Part shown: in pieces, positions 29,113-40,045 of the stretch
How positions within the stretch are numbered: the first letter of the stretch is position 1
Layout: each line of letters begins with the position of its first letter
From: Planctomycetota bacterium
GTDB lineage: Bacteria; Planctomycetota; Phycisphaerae; WQYP01
Length of the DNA stretch: 64,000 bases
Reading direction: 5' to 3'
Assembly: GCA_021819825.1 (NCBI GenBank)
Contig: JAKAEZ010000006.1
Coordinates: 33,404 to 97,403, forward strand
Program-made: the position numbers and the translations under genes
Notes under the pieces: model-generated
Told to the model about the DNA's origin: nothing
Database searches by the model: none
The model's input: only the letters and a program-made list of their open reading frames with translations

Positions 29113-30519
29113 TTACGGTTCCTGCGCTAATGATTTATTGGTCGTATCTATACGAAACAGCCAGGTTGTCACACCGCCCAAAACCGACCCCGCGGCCAGG
29201 ACCAGCAGCAGTTTTGGCGTGCCAATCGCCTTGCCTAATACGGGGAGAAAAAACGTGCTCGCCACCGCTCCCAGACGGGAAAAAGCGGTGGCAAAGCCGT
29301 GGCCCGCAGCTCGCACGTCCGTGGGGAATACTTCCGCCGCCAGAACATACGTGGTGTTGCCGGGGCCAAAAGCGTTAAAAGCCTGTGAGAGCATCATTCC
29401 CAGAAACACCATGGCCAATGCCAGCGTGCTGTATTGCATCACCCATTGCGCGTGGCCATGTTTTATTACCTGGTGGGCGGGAACATTCATCGCGGTGACG
29501 CCCACGAGGACCAGCGCTACCGCACTGCCGACAAAGCCAATAATCTGCGGCCAGATGCGCCCGATGCGATCCACGGTGAGCGCCAATGGCACATATCCGA
29601 GCAAAAACGTGACCGAGAGCATCGCCGAACCAAGTATCTGCTGGTGTGCCGTCTTAAAGCCAAGATGGCCGAGAATCAGCGGTGTGTAAATGGTCAGGTA
29701 ATAACCCACAAGGTCCATGATAAACCATGGAATGCACACCAGCAGCGTGGCGCGAATATAGCGCTTTTGAAATAACACACGCCATGGCGTTCTGGGTGCC
29801 ACGGCCCGCTTTTGCTCCGCCGCCAAGATGACGTTGAGATCAGCCGGTGTGATCGTGGGATCAACACGCGCTAAAACCGCCGCCGCATTTTCCGCCTGCC
29901 CATGGCGCAGGTACCACCTTGGCGACTCGGGCAAATTACGCCGCAACCAGATGACAAACAACGCCGGCACTGCGCCAATCAGCAGCATAATCCGCCAGGC
30001 GATGGGGCCAAACGATAGCAGGCTGTATGCCACCAAACCGGCGGCAATAGCCCCACCTGTCCACAGGCCGAAGGTCCAGGTAATTACGCCGCCGCGTTTA
30101 TTTTTAGGCATGAACTCGGCCATGTATGTAGCGCTGATAGGATAATCCGCACCGATGCCCATACCCAGTACAAAGCGGAACGCTACCAGAGCCTCAATGT
30201 TCCAGGCCGCACTGCATAGGATCGCGGCAAAAAAAAAGGTGATCAAATCAATAAGGTAAATAGCCTTGCGCCCGTAGCGGTCCGCCACGTGCCCCCCGAT
30301 CAGGGCACCAAGAAATGCCCCGGCCAATGCGGATGTGCCAACCCAGCGGTATTGCGACGGCCCAAGATGCCATTGTCGCGCCAGCAGCACCAGCACCGCA
30401 CCGACAATAATTGTGTCATAGCCGTCGAGAAATATGCCCAGCCCTGCCGCCCAGGCCAGTCGCCGATGCAAGGGACTCATCGGGGCATCATCCATTTTTT
30501 CCAGCAGGCTATTCACCAA
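29113..30519 (-). CDS. MFS transporter (sugar porter/phosphate:H+ symporter-like)
   Basis: FLDGYD, ADRYGRK, GIGADYP, PESPRW and AEVFPTDVRA, with about 12 hydrophobic segments. Confidence 0.9.
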   Translation of the reverse strand: MVNSLLEKMDDAPMSPLHRRLAWAAGLGIFLDGYDTIIVGAVLVLLARQWHLGPSQYRWVGTSALAGAFLGALIGGHVADRYGRKAIYLIDLITFFFAAILCSAAWNIEALVAFRFVLGMGIGADYPISATYMAEFMPKNKRGGVITWTFGLWTGGAIAAGLVAYSLLSFGPIAWRIMLLIGAVPALFVIWLRRNLPESPRWYLRHGQAENAAAVLARVDPTITPADLNVILAAEQKRAVAPRTPWRVLFQKRYIRATLLVCIPWFIMDLVGYYLTIYTPLILGHLGFKTAHQQILGSAMLSVTFLLGYVPLALTVDRIGRIWPQIIGFVGSAVALVLVGVTAMNVPAHQVIKHGHAQWVMQYSTLALAMVFLGMMLSQAFNAFGPGNTTYVLAAEVFPTDVRAAGHGFATAFSRLGAVASTFFLPVLGKAIGTPKLLLVLAAGSVLGGVTTWLFRIDTTNKSLAQEP

Positions 30520-33366
30520 TTAATCTCCATGCGCCGGTCCGTCCCCGGCATCGCTTGCAATGTAATGAGTCAGAGGCTGATCCTGCGCTTTGGCCAAGCG
30601 TCGCAGGTACGCCATCACATGCCGGTACGATGCCTTGCCTTTTACCGCGATCCATTCCTGCCGCATCTGTTCGGGGCCGGGAACTTTCATCAGTTCTGTG
30701 GGCGTAAACATTGGACGGCTGATTTGGGCGGCCGCTGCGCCGTGTACTTTTAGCCAATGGGGCGAAAGCCAATGACCCGTTTTGCCGGCCTTACGCCGCA
30801 GTTGTTCGCCCTGCCACATTTTTCCGGGATTATAACCCACCGGTACGCGAATCGGTTGCACATCATACGGAGCAAAATTCGGATGGCGTGTCCAGATCCC
30901 GGAAAGCACCTGGGCGTTGGCGTCCCACTGGGACATAGGGGGTACACCCGTAATGGCTTCAATGGTGCGCATCAGATTAACTTGGGAATAGCGATGCGTG
31001 ATCAGCATTCCCGGCTTCATCCATGGGCTGACGATCACCGCGAAAGAACGGTGGGCGTCAATATGATCGGCTCCGGATTGCGCATCATCTTCGGTGATAA
31101 ATATGGCCATGTGCTTCCATTGCGGGGTGCGGGTTAATTCCGCCACAATTTGCCCGGTCGCCAGATCATTGTTAGCCACGTAATACTGTGGCGTGTAATA
31201 CCCGGGTGATCGGCCGGCGGTATGATCATCCGGAAGCCATATATACATGAAGTGCGGCAGATTGTTTTTATGGGCGGCTATGAATTCATGCACCACGTTC
31301 GCCCGATCCGTATCGAGAATAAAGCGATTCCACGCCGGGAAATTTTTGCCCAGATGTTTGGCCATTTCCGGGCTGATTTGTCCGGCCTGGCTGCGGGATA
31401 CAAATTCACCGAAATCCATAAATGAAACATGGTTGGTCAGCAGATCATTAAAAATAAACATGCCGCCGGGATAGGAAATCCACGGATTAGACCAATGCTT
31501 AAGCGAGCTTAAATTGATGTAATCGGAATAGGGATCATCTCCGCCGCTAAAGCCGGTGCCGCTCTGGTACGCCTGGCCCTCAAGATTTTGCGACCAGCCT
31601 GGATTGGGAACGATTCCCCGGTTGGAATAATACATGGGCCACGTCCGCTGCACATAATCCGAATCCTCCGCGGCGGTCGTCCATTGATGCCCCTGGGCGG
31701 TTACTTCGCCATCCATATAGAAATTTACGCACAATCCAAACCGGTCGGCCATGGCGTAAAGATTTGGCAATTCTGTGCGGTTGTAAAGGTCCAAGTGTGG
31801 ATCGGCCCAGCGGCCCGCGCGGTGGTAGGCACCAAATTCTTCATCAAAGGTCTTGTTTTCCCGAAGGATAAAGACTACATAGTGGATATGGTGGTTAATA
31901 AACCGGGTGGCGATTTTATTTTGCGCTGCCAACTTCGCGCGCTGCATCCGGGAAAAGCCATTATTGGCTAAAGCGGCGTGAGTCCATGCTGCAAGATGGG
32001 TGGGCAAATCAGTGAGGGCAATACGCTGGACCGTGCCGGGCATGGAATTGCCGATCCATTGATAATGCGGATTCGGTGCTGATCCCAGGCCTTTGGCGGA
32101 AACCACATACAATGCGTGCTGATAAATACATAAGTTGGTTGGATACCATCCGGTGGGAATTAAGCCCTCCAGCTTACCTGTGGCGGCATTAAATACCGCG
32201 ACATCATCGTTGCCCGCATTCCCAGCGAAGACTTTGCCGTCCGCCACCGCCAGCGCGTCGGGAAATGATCCCGGCGGGGCATCATGGTATGAGCGGTCGA
32301 TAGCCATGCCGATAATGGCCAAACGCGCGGCATTAATTTCGGTAAGAATATCCGCGTTGGCGCAGGCCACCCAGACGGTTGCGGAATTGCCCACCGCCGC
32401 CAGAGCGGTGGGATGTACTCCGGGCAGTTGATTATTTGGACCGGTTGGGCCGCCGATGCGGATAAAGCCCAGCGATTGCATGGTTTGGGCATTGAGCACC
32501 ATGACGCCGTTATCTCCCCAGTCGCTGACCACCAGCCGTCGGCCATGATCGCAGACAACCACTTGAAAAGGCATGGCTCCGGCATTGGCATAAACCGTGT
32601 GCCCGGTATGCAGGTTAATGCGGGCCACGCTGTTACTTAGCAATCCGATAGTGAATATATGTAGACCGCGCGTTCCCACCGCTACTGAGTCCGGATAAAA
32701 ATCCCAGGTGGAATGTTTTTGCGATCCGGTCGATGGAATAATTTCGCCTGATGTGCCGACGGCCTTTTCCCCGGTTGAATCAATATGTTCCCCTTGATAC
32801 GTATAGGGGTATTGTTTGCTTGAAAACATTTGAAATGCCAACGGATATTTGCGAAGCAATTTCAACGTGCCGCCGGCGGTCACCTGCAAGGCCAGCACGT
32901 TGTTGGAAACGCCGCCGGCGGCATAAACCATGCGATGCGGCCCGGCGGCCAGGCCTTGAAAAAGGCTTTGTCGCGAAACACCTGGGAGTTTTTCGCTGCG
33001 CCAGGATCGGCCCTTGAGAAATCCGATCTGGGACTGCATACCAAGACTTTCCGCATCCATGAGCGTTAACGTATGGCGAAACGCGTCTCCCGCCGCCTCC
33101 ACCACCACGTGGTTCCCCACACCCACAACCCCAATGGCAAAATTCGGCGTCATGGCCATTGTGCCAACCGGGCTGATAATTCGGTCCGTGGCGGTTTTAT
33201 GGATGACAGGCATAGTGCCTGCCGCAATCGCAAACATTCCGGTAACCATCAGCGGGAGCACCGCTGATGCCGTGGCGGCGCATGCGGCGGTAACTGCAGC
33301 CATCCGAGAAATATTTATATTTCCCAAAATCTCTGATTTATGTCTGATGTATAACCGCGTTTTCAT
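30520..33366 (-). CDS. Secreted beta-propeller (YncE/YVTN-like) protein fused to an alkaline-phosphatase-superfamily phosphoesterase
   Basis: N-terminal hydrophobic signal, propeller repeats (IPTGWYPT), and motifs FILRENKTFD, GHQW, LPDDHT and EDDAQSGADHIDAHR. Start uncertain. Confidence 0.85.
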   Translation of the reverse strand: MKTRLYIRHKSEILGNINISRMAAVTAACAATASAVLPLMVTGMFAIAAGTMPVIHKTATDRIISPVGTMAMTPNFAIGVVGVGNHVVVEAAGDAFRHTLTLMDAESLGMQSQIGFLKGRSWRSEKLPGVSRQSLFQGLAAGPHRMVYAAGGVSNNVLALQVTAGGTLKLLRKYPLAFQMFSSKQYPYTYQGEHIDSTGEKAVGTSGEIIPSTGSQKHSTWDFYPDSVAVGTRGLHIFTIGLLSNSVARINLHTGHTVYANAGAMPFQVVVCDHGRRLVVSDWGDNGVMVLNAQTMQSLGFIRIGGPTGPNNQLPGVHPTALAAVGNSATVWVACANADILTEINAARLAIIGMAIDRSYHDAPPGSFPDALAVADGKVFAGNAGNDDVAVFNAATGKLEGLIPTGWYPTNLCIYQHALYVVSAKGLGSAPNPHYQWIGNSMPGTVQRIALTDLPTHLAAWTHAALANNGFSRMQRAKLAAQNKIATRFINHHIHYVVFILRENKTFDEEFGAYHRAGRWADPHLDLYNRTELPNLYAMADRFGLCVNFYMDGEVTAQGHQWTTAAEDSDYVQRTWPMYYSNRGIVPNPGWSQNLEGQAYQSGTGFSGGDDPYSDYINLSSLKHWSNPWISYPGGMFIFNDLLTNHVSFMDFGEFVSRSQAGQISPEMAKHLGKNFPAWNRFILDTDRANVVHEFIAAHKNNLPHFMYIWLPDDHTAGRSPGYYTPQYYVANNDLATGQIVAELTRTPQWKHMAIFITEDDAQSGADHIDAHRSFAVIVSPWMKPGMLITHRYSQVNLMRTIEAITGVPPMSQWDANAQVLSGIWTRHPNFAPYDVQPIRVPVGYNPGKMWQGEQLRRKAGKTGHWLSPHWLKVHGAAAAQISRPMFTPTELMKVPGPEQMRQEWIAVKGKASYRHVMAYLRRLAKAQDQPLTHYIASDAGDGPAHGD

Positions 33367-33632
33367 TCCAACGTGCCTTTCAAAAGAGCTTTCCGTCCAA
33401 ACTGCTCCCGAATCGGTTCGGAAATAATAACACAAAACCAACCGCACGGGCGGCCCGGGCGTCCGCGAACGAGAAGGTCGCTATCGACCACGCACCCGCT
33501 GCCGGCGCTGATCTTAACTACGCTGATCCGATGGGCAATGGCACATCGGGCACAATTGGAAAGCCTGGTGATTTCACAAGAGATAAAAAATACGGTATCT
33601 TCCATACGAATATCACACAGGAGATGATTCTG

Positions 33633-34460
33633 ATGATCCTTCGCCATCAAATCCTGCTTCCACTGATATTTCTGGCTGTGGCATGGGTGCCCGCGGTGGC
33701 ACCTGCGGCGGTGATCTTGGTGGGCAATAAGCATTCGATCAGTGAATACACCGCTGCGGGACAGGTTATTAACCGTGCCCTTATATCGGGGTTGCATCTT
33801 ACGTTTGGCCTTGCGGTATCCGGACGGGATGTATTCGTTGCCAATGAAAACTCCGGAACGATCGGCAAATACAGCCTCTCCGGGCGTGTGATTAAGGCCG
33901 CGCTGATTTCGCACCTGGATGGCCCCGCCGGTATTGCCATCTCAGGAAACGAATTGTTTGTAGCCGACTACCGCGCGGATACTATTGGTGAGTACACCAC
34001 TTCGGGACGTGTGATCAACGCCGCGCTGATTACCGGATTGTACGGCCCTACGGGCATCGCGGTATCGGGCAATGATTTATATATCGTAAATTTCAACTCC
34101 GGTGCCGTCGGCGAATACACCACTGCGGGCCGCGTGGTCCATGCCGTACTAATTTCCCGACTGGCTGGTCCGGATGCCATCGCGGTGTCGGGGAAGGATT
34201 TGTTCGTTGTGGCCGGGGGCGCTGGAACGGTGGGCAAATACACCATCTGGGGTCAGGCGGTCAACGCCGCCCTGATTTCCGGGCTGCACAACCCCTTCGG
34301 CCTGGCCTTGTGGAGAAACAGGATTTTTGTCACCAATGAACGCACCCACGGCACCATCGGCGAATATACCGCAGCCGGGCGCGTGATCAATGCGGCATTG
34401 GCTACGGGACTCAATTATCCCGGCTTCGTCATTGTGTCCAATCAGCGGCGCGGGAGATGA
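33633..34460 (+). CDS. Secreted NHL-repeat six-bladed beta-propeller
   Basis: Signal peptide, then about six 41-aa repeats of form IGEYTxxGxVINAALISGLxxPxGIAVSGxxLFV. AGGAG RBS. Confidence 0.8.
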   Translation: MILRHQILLPLIFLAVAWVPAVAPAAVILVGNKHSISEYTAAGQVINRALISGLHLTFGLAVSGRDVFVANENSGTIGKYSLSGRVIKAALISHLDGPAGIAISGNELFVADYRADTIGEYTTSGRVINAALITGLYGPTGIAVSGNDLYIVNFNSGAVGEYTTAGRVVHAVLISRLAGPDAIAVSGKDLFVVAGGAGTVGKYTIWGQAVNAALISGLHNPFGLALWRNRIFVTNERTHGTIGEYTAAGRVINAALATGLNYPGFVIVSNQRRGR

Positions 34461-34504
34461 AAAAGGGAAATGTTGCTTTGCATAAGTCAGCTTGCGGTCA
34501 AGCT

Positions 34505-34614
34505 GTTATTGCATTTCCGCCGACTGCCGCCGGCGCAAAATGTGCGGGCCAAGCAACAGCATCGCGGTCAAAAGTGCGACAGTGAGGATCAGGCCGTTGC
34601 CTGGCTGGGGCGCA
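34505..34614 (+). repeat. Left copy of a 110-bp direct repeat (orphan copy of the GH44 gene 3' end)
   Basis: 109/110 identical to 46537-46646. Confidence 0.95.
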
Positions 34615-35007
34615 CCAGGCCCGTGGCCCTCGTGCCCATCAAATTTCCGCTGACCCGCCTCGCGGTAAATCATGATGCAAATGCGATCTGGTTGTCGGGC
34701 ATCGCGCGATTATGGTATAAATCGTCTGGCGAATGAGGTTGATAATTGTTTAGTGGAGGTGCCGGCAGGATACTATGCGTTGTATTGGAGCACTTCTCAA
34801 TGCGCGAATGGTGCTTGGACTATTTGTGGCACAGAGTGTTGGCGACTGGATCGCGCATCACGCCCATGCCATCGACACGGTGCCCACGTCGATTGAGACT
34901 GATGCCCGGGAGTTTCAACGCTTCATTGCCAAGCCCTTGTCCTGCGATAGGGAGTTCTGCCAACTCACAACATCTCGATCCCTTGCGTATGTGACGGCGG
35001 CACCTTA

Positions 35008-35676
35008 ATGAAGTCATCAACGGAATATATTTTCTGGCAGCTTGCTGATACCAGCTTTCCCACCGGTGGTTTCGCCCATTCCTCGGGCTTGGAATCCGGA
35101 TGGCGGCATGGTCTGGTGCAGCGCGAAAATATCCACGACTTTTGCCACGATCTGATTCGGCAAGTTTCCATGCAGACCGGGCCGTTTGTGGATGCAGCCA
35201 GCCAAAATCCTTCGCGAATCTGGTCATTGGACAGTTTGTATCATGTCATGTGTGCCAATCATGTCGCGCGCCGGGCCAGTATTCTTCAGGGCGGCGCGAT
35301 GCTGCTGGCAGCCCAGCGAGCATTTGGTCTGGAAGCACTCAAGAGTTTGCAGGAATCGCATTGCACAGGCGAATTTAATGGACATTTCGGCCCTGTATTT
35401 GGAGCGGTCTGCGGGCTGGTGCATATTGAGCCCTTGGCGGCCGTGCGATTGCTGTTGTTTGGTACCGTGCGACAGACGTTGTCGGCAGCAGTGAGACTGG
35501 GAATTATGGGTTCGCTGGAAAGTTTGCCGATGCTCCATGCGATGACGAATCTGATGGATCAGGCCGCCGAATCAGCATTGAATCGGCTGCCGGAACATGC
35601 TGCCATGGCCTGTCCGCTGGTAGATATTTGTCAGAGCAGTCACGACCGTCTCTATTCTCGATTGTTCCAAAGTTAG
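35008..35676 (+). CDS. ureF: Urease accessory protein UreF
   Basis: WQLADTSFPTGGFAHSSGLE, SAAVRLG and C-terminal HDRLYSRLFQS. Confidence 0.93.
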   Translation: MKSSTEYIFWQLADTSFPTGGFAHSSGLESGWRHGLVQRENIHDFCHDLIRQVSMQTGPFVDAASQNPSRIWSLDSLYHVMCANHVARRASILQGGAMLLAAQRAFGLEALKSLQESHCTGEFNGHFGPVFGAVCGLVHIEPLAAVRLLLFGTVRQTLSAAVRLGIMGSLESLPMLHAMTNLMDQAAESALNRLPEHAAMACPLVDICQSSHDRLYSRLFQS

Positions 35677-35697
35677 TTCATTGTAGGAGTCGCGTTT

Positions 35698-36423
35698 ATG
35701 CACAGAATAAATTCCGATGTGGGTCACACCCATGACAAAGCCGATCATCCGGGGTCCTTCCCACAACGGGCAAAGCCGTTGAATCGTGATTTCCAGCAGC
35801 GGGCATATACCGTTGGGATTGGCGGCCCGGTGGGCAGCGGAAAGACGGCTTTGGTGTTGGCGCTGTGCCGACATCTGCGGGAGACCATGAGTCTGGCAGT
35901 GGTAACTAACGACATATTTACCCGGGAAGATGGCGAATTTCTCACGAAGCACGCCGCTCTGCCGGCAGAGCGTATTGCCGCCGTAGAAACAGGAGGGTGT
36001 CCTCATTCCGCGATCCGCGAGGATATCTCCGCCAATTTACTGACGTTAGAGCGTTTGCATCGGCGTTTTTCTCCCGAACTTATGTTTGTTGAGTCCGGGG
36101 GAGACAATCTTGCCGCCGACTTCAGTCGAGAGCTTGCTGACTACACGGTATATGTCATTGATGTGGCCGGCGGCGATAAAATTCCACGAAAAGGGGGGCC
36201 GGGGATTACCCAATCCGATTTGCTGGTAATAAATAAGACCGATCTTGCTTCCGCCGTCGGAGCCGACCTGGCCATCATGCAACGTGACGCTCAACTCATG
36301 CGCCAAGATGGACCGTTTATTTTTGCCCAAGTTAAACATGATCAGGGCGTGGCTGAAATCGCCCGACACATCCTGCACGCGCTGCACCACGCTCTTGGGC
36401 AGCCGCACGATCATGTAGCATGA
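35698..36423 (+). CDS. ureG: Urease accessory GTPase UreG with His-containing termini
   Basis: Motifs [33 protein letters not shown] and INKTD. Confidence 0.96.
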   Translation: MHRINSDVGHTHDKADHPGSFPQRAKPLNRDFQQRAYTVGIGGPVGSGKTALVLALCRHLRETMSLAVVTNDIFTREDGEFLTKHAALPAERIAAVETGGCPHSAIREDISANLLTLERLHRRFSPELMFVESGGDNLAADFSRELADYTVYVIDVAGGDKIPRKGGPGITQSDLLVINKTDLASAVGADLAIMQRDAQLMRQDGPFIFAQVKHDQGVAEIARHILHALHHALGQPHDHVA

Positions 36424-36730
36424 CCCTGCTTGTCGGCTACGCCGGAAAGATAGGGGCGTTCCAGCCATCCCGGGGATAGTCTGTACTTGAATGGTCATCA
36501 TCAGATCGCTTGAGTACTTGCAATGCCGATGTGGCCACAGTCCGGCGGCATGCCGGCTGCAAAAGTTCAAGGTCGCATTGGCGCTTCGGCCAGGGCATTG
36601 GTTGTCCGCATAGCAAATGACCAGTCAGAACATCGCTTGCGCGCTAGGTAGGCAATCACCGGATGTGAAGACCTGCGTATATTACACTTAGTAATGAACT
36701 TCGTCGCAATGCGGCTTTTTTCCCAGTGTA

Positions 36731-36746
36731 TGGCATGTGGTTTGCA
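36731..36746 (+). promoter_or_regulatory. Sigma54 (-24/-12) promoter upstream of urtA
   Basis: TGGCATGTGGTTTGCA has exact GG-N10-GC spacing, about 145 bp before urtA. This fits nitrogen regulation. Confidence 0.75.
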
Positions 36747-36891
36747 TCTGTTTACGGTAGTGACTAATCCTGGGGTAACATAACCGGGTTAGATACTTTC
36801 CGGGTGTGGGCCGTTTTGGATCGTTTGATTCACGCGGTAAGCAAAGATGCCCGGAGGTAGATTTTTTGTCGTTCCTTTTTTAGGAGCTGTC

Positions 36892-38178
36892 ATGTCTGGG
36901 TGTCTTTCATCTTCGTTGCAATTTGTTCGGCGGTGCGGCAGGAAACTGTCGTCGGGTTTTTCCCTTACCGCACTTTTGTTAGCGGGCGTCGCCGGTGCGG
37001 GCGCGGCCCACGGAGCCGGGACGGTCAAGGTTGGCATACTGCATTCGCTTACTGGCACGATGGCTATTTCTGAAACATCTCTGCATGATGTTGAACTTAT
37101 GGCGATCCATGAAATCAACGCCAAAGGCGGTGTGCTGGGCAAGCAAATTGATCCGGTGGTTGTAAATCCTGCGTCCAATTGGGATTTATTTGCGCAAGAC
37201 GCCAACACCCTTATTGAAAAAGACAAAGTTAAAGTCATTTTCGGATGCTGGACATCCGTGAGTCGAAAGTCCGTGCTGCCGGTAGTTCAGGCAGACCATG
37301 GCCTGTTAATTTATCCGGTGCAGTACGAAGGTGAAGAATACAGCCCCAATATTTTCTATATGGGGGCCGTGCCCAATCAGCAGTTGATTCCTTCGGTAAA
37401 ATATCTTATGAGCAAATCCGGCGGCAAGCGGAAGCGATTTTTCCTGCTGGGAAGTGATTATGTATTTCCCCGGACCGCCAACGAGATCATTGAAGGCTAT
37501 TTATTAAGCCACGGCGTGCCGAAATCGCGGATTAAAGTAATGTACGTTCCGTTGGGTTACACGGATTTCCAGACGGTTGTGTCCAAAATTAAGGCTTTTG
37601 CTCAGGCTGGGCATGCCTGCGTGCTGTCAACTCTCAATGGCAGCAGCAATGTGCCGTTCTACACCGAATTCGCCAATCAGGGATTAACGGCCGAGTCCTG
37701 TCCGATCATGGCGTATTCCATTGCGGAAGATGAACTGAGATCGATGGATACCACCAAACTTGTAGGCCATTACGCATGTTGGAATTATTTTGAGTCACTG
37801 CGCAGCAAGTCCAACAAAAAATTTGTCCGGGACTTTAAAATGTGGTGTATGTCCAATCATTTACCCGGCGGCATGGCTCGGGTGACCGATGACCCAATTG
37901 AGTGCGCGTACACCGGCGTGTATCTCTGGGCGGCGGCATGTGAGAAAGCCAAATCATTTGCCCCGATGAAAGTGGCTAAAGCTATGATCGGGCTGAAGAT
38001 GATGACGCCCGGCGGAATGGTGAAAGTCGCAAAGAATCACAATCTTTACAAGCCCGTGTATGTCGGTAAGATTCTCGCCGATGGACAGTTCCGGATTGTC
38101 TGGAAGAGCAAAGGTTGGGTCAAACCGGTGGCCTTCAGTCCCTACATCAAGGTGGCGATGAAGAATAAAGCCAATTAA
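36892..38178 (+). CDS. urtA: Urea ABC transporter substrate-binding protein
   Basis: Motifs KVGILHSLTGTMAISE, FGCWTSVSRKSVLP, YPVQYEG, PNQQ and GSDYVFPRT. AGGAG RBS. Confidence 0.93.
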   Translation: MSGCLSSSLQFVRRCGRKLSSGFSLTALLLAGVAGAGAAHGAGTVKVGILHSLTGTMAISETSLHDVELMAIHEINAKGGVLGKQIDPVVVNPASNWDLFAQDANTLIEKDKVKVIFGCWTSVSRKSVLPVVQADHGLLIYPVQYEGEEYSPNIFYMGAVPNQQLIPSVKYLMSKSGGKRKRFFLLGSDYVFPRTANEIIEGYLLSHGVPKSRIKVMYVPLGYTDFQTVVSKIKAFAQAGHACVLSTLNGSSNVPFYTEFANQGLTAESCPIMAYSIAEDELRSMDTTKLVGHYACWNYFESLRSKSNKKFVRDFKMWCMSNHLPGGMARVTDDPIECAYTGVYLWAAACEKAKSFAPMKVAKAMIGLKMMTPGGMVKVAKNHNLYKPVYVGKILADGQFRIVWKSKGWVKPVAFSPYIKVAMKNKAN

Positions 38179-38303
38179 GCCTTCATCGGCGCGGGTTGCC
38201 GCGCCGGATCTCCTTCCAACGCCGAAGGGGCGGACAGGCTTGGAACTTGTCTCGCCCCTTGGCGATCTGGCCTGATGGGCTTAGTACATCGGAGGATGTT
38301 ACT

Positions 38304-39986
38304 GTGAAAATCGCATCGACACTCCTGATCGTATGTGTGGCGATGGTTATTGCCGTGCTGTGTAACAGGGGCCAGGCTTCGGCAATGCCCCAGGTGCCTG
38401 CCCGTGTGCCACTATCCCAGGTCTTGACCGACCTCGGTTCCGATTCCGACGCGCAAGTTTCAGCGGCGCTAAGGCAAATCGCAGCCAGCGGGAATTATCA
38501 CCTGATAACCGCGTTGCAGGCCTATCAGAATGGTCTGCTGGCAATGCATGGCGGACAACTGGTGATGTTCGGTTCTCCGATAATGGATCCGGTCAGGGGA
38601 AAGCTTTATCCCTTGCTTAATGCCCTCACGAACCGGCAAGTGATAGCTCACGGTAAGCCCGTCCTCGCAGATTCCATCCCTGATAACACGCTGGCGGTGC
38701 CAGACTCGGATTCCGATCAGCTTCAGCAGACAATTAACACTCTTTCAATGTATATTCCGGGGCAATCAGCCCGGCGACAGGCAATTGTTGCCTTGGGTAA
38801 CGCCGGAAGTCCGGCTTATCTTCCACCTCTGCAGCAACAATTGACGCAACACCATTCTTCGCGCATTCATCGACTATTGCAGGAAAGTATCGCCCGAATT
38901 CTCCTGCGGCACGGAACTCCGGCGCAAAAAATGCAGGCAGCCGTGTTGCTGGGGCAGATCCATTCCACGCGAGGGCTGGAACTGCTCAAACGCTCCTGGC
39001 GAACGCTCCGGAATGCTCCAACGTCCGCCATGGCCAGGGCCGTGAGAACCTCCATCGACCAGATCAAGGGATATACGAAACTGACCAACCTCCTATTTGA
39101 CTCCTTTGCGGGACTGTCCCTTGCTAGTATCTATGTGCTTATCGCCTTGGGGCTGGCGATTATTTTCGGCCTGATGGGTGTCATCAACATGGCGCAGGGT
39201 GAGTTCCTGACCCTTGGTGCTTTTACCACTTTTGCTGTAGGCGAAATATTCAAAACTTACCTGCCGCCGTCGGATTATAACTGGTACTTTGTCTGTGCGA
39301 TTCCGGCTGCGTTTCTGGTATCGGCACTGGCCGGGGCGATATGCGAATGGACCATCATCCGTCGCTTATATGGTCGTCCGCTGGAAACACTTCTGGCTAC
39401 TTTTGGATTGAGCTTGATTCTCATCGAATTGATTCGAGTGGTCTTTGGGAATAACAATGCCATGATCGCGCCATCGTGGCTTTCCGGCGGACTCTGGATA
39501 ATGCCGGGATTGGTTTTTCCAAAAAACCGCCTTTTTATCATCGTATTTTGCGCCGGATGTATTATCGCGGTCTATGCCCTGATCAGGAAAACCAAGCTGG
39601 GGCTTCTGCTGCGCGCCACGACGCAGGATCGTGAAATGGCGGCGGCTCTGGGTGTGCATACGCGCATGGTGGACATGCTGACGTTTTCCCTTGGTACCGG
39701 GTTGGCGGGACTGGCGGGATGCGCTGTGCCCCTGTTTTCAACCTTGGATCCTCGCATGGGACAATCCTACATTGTGGAGAGTTTTCTGGTGGTCGTAACG
39801 GGAGGCGTGGGCAATCTTGCCGGGGTTATTTGTGCGGGGGCCGGGCTGGGTTTCCTGGAAAAATTTATTGAGCCATGGGTGCAGCCGGTTTACGGCAAGG
39901 TGTTTGTTTTGATTATTGTTATTGCTTTTCTGCAATGGAAGCCGTCGGGGTTATTTGCAGCCAAGGGCCGGTCGATGGACCATTAG
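38304..39986 (+). CDS. urtB: Urea ABC transporter permease with N-terminal extracytoplasmic helical-repeat domain
   Basis: ALGLAIIFGLMGVINMAQGE, LYGRPLETLLAT and FLVVVTGGVGNL. GTG start after GGAGG. Confidence 0.92.
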   Translation: MKIASTLLIVCVAMVIAVLCNRGQASAMPQVPARVPLSQVLTDLGSDSDAQVSAALRQIAASGNYHLITALQAYQNGLLAMHGGQLVMFGSPIMDPVRGKLYPLLNALTNRQVIAHGKPVLADSIPDNTLAVPDSDSDQLQQTINTLSMYIPGQSARRQAIVALGNAGSPAYLPPLQQQLTQHHSSRIHRLLQESIARILLRHGTPAQKMQAAVLLGQIHSTRGLELLKRSWRTLRNAPTSAMARAVRTSIDQIKGYTKLTNLLFDSFAGLSLASIYVLIALGLAIIFGLMGVINMAQGEFLTLGAFTTFAVGEIFKTYLPPSDYNWYFVCAIPAAFLVSALAGAICEWTIIRRLYGRPLETLLATFGLSLILIELIRVVFGNNNAMIAPSWLSGGLWIMPGLVFPKNRLFIIVFCAGCIIAVYALIRKTKLGLLLRATTQDREMAAALGVHTRMVDMLTFSLGTGLAGLAGCAVPLFSTLDPRMGQSYIVESFLVVVTGGVGNLAGVICAGAGLGFLEKFIEPWVQPVYGKVFVLIIVIAFLQWKPSGLFAAKGRSMDH

Positions 39987-40045
39987 CCGACATGCATCCC
40001 GCGCTTTCCCTGCACTGAATCTCCGATAGGAAGAGACGGTAATTT

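Noticed and set aside
33500-33600. N-terminal extension of the NHL protein from ATG 33531 (GTSGTIGK resembles a repeat)
   Set aside because: The RBS and signal peptide point to ATG 33633. The upstream similarity is at most a degenerate remnant.
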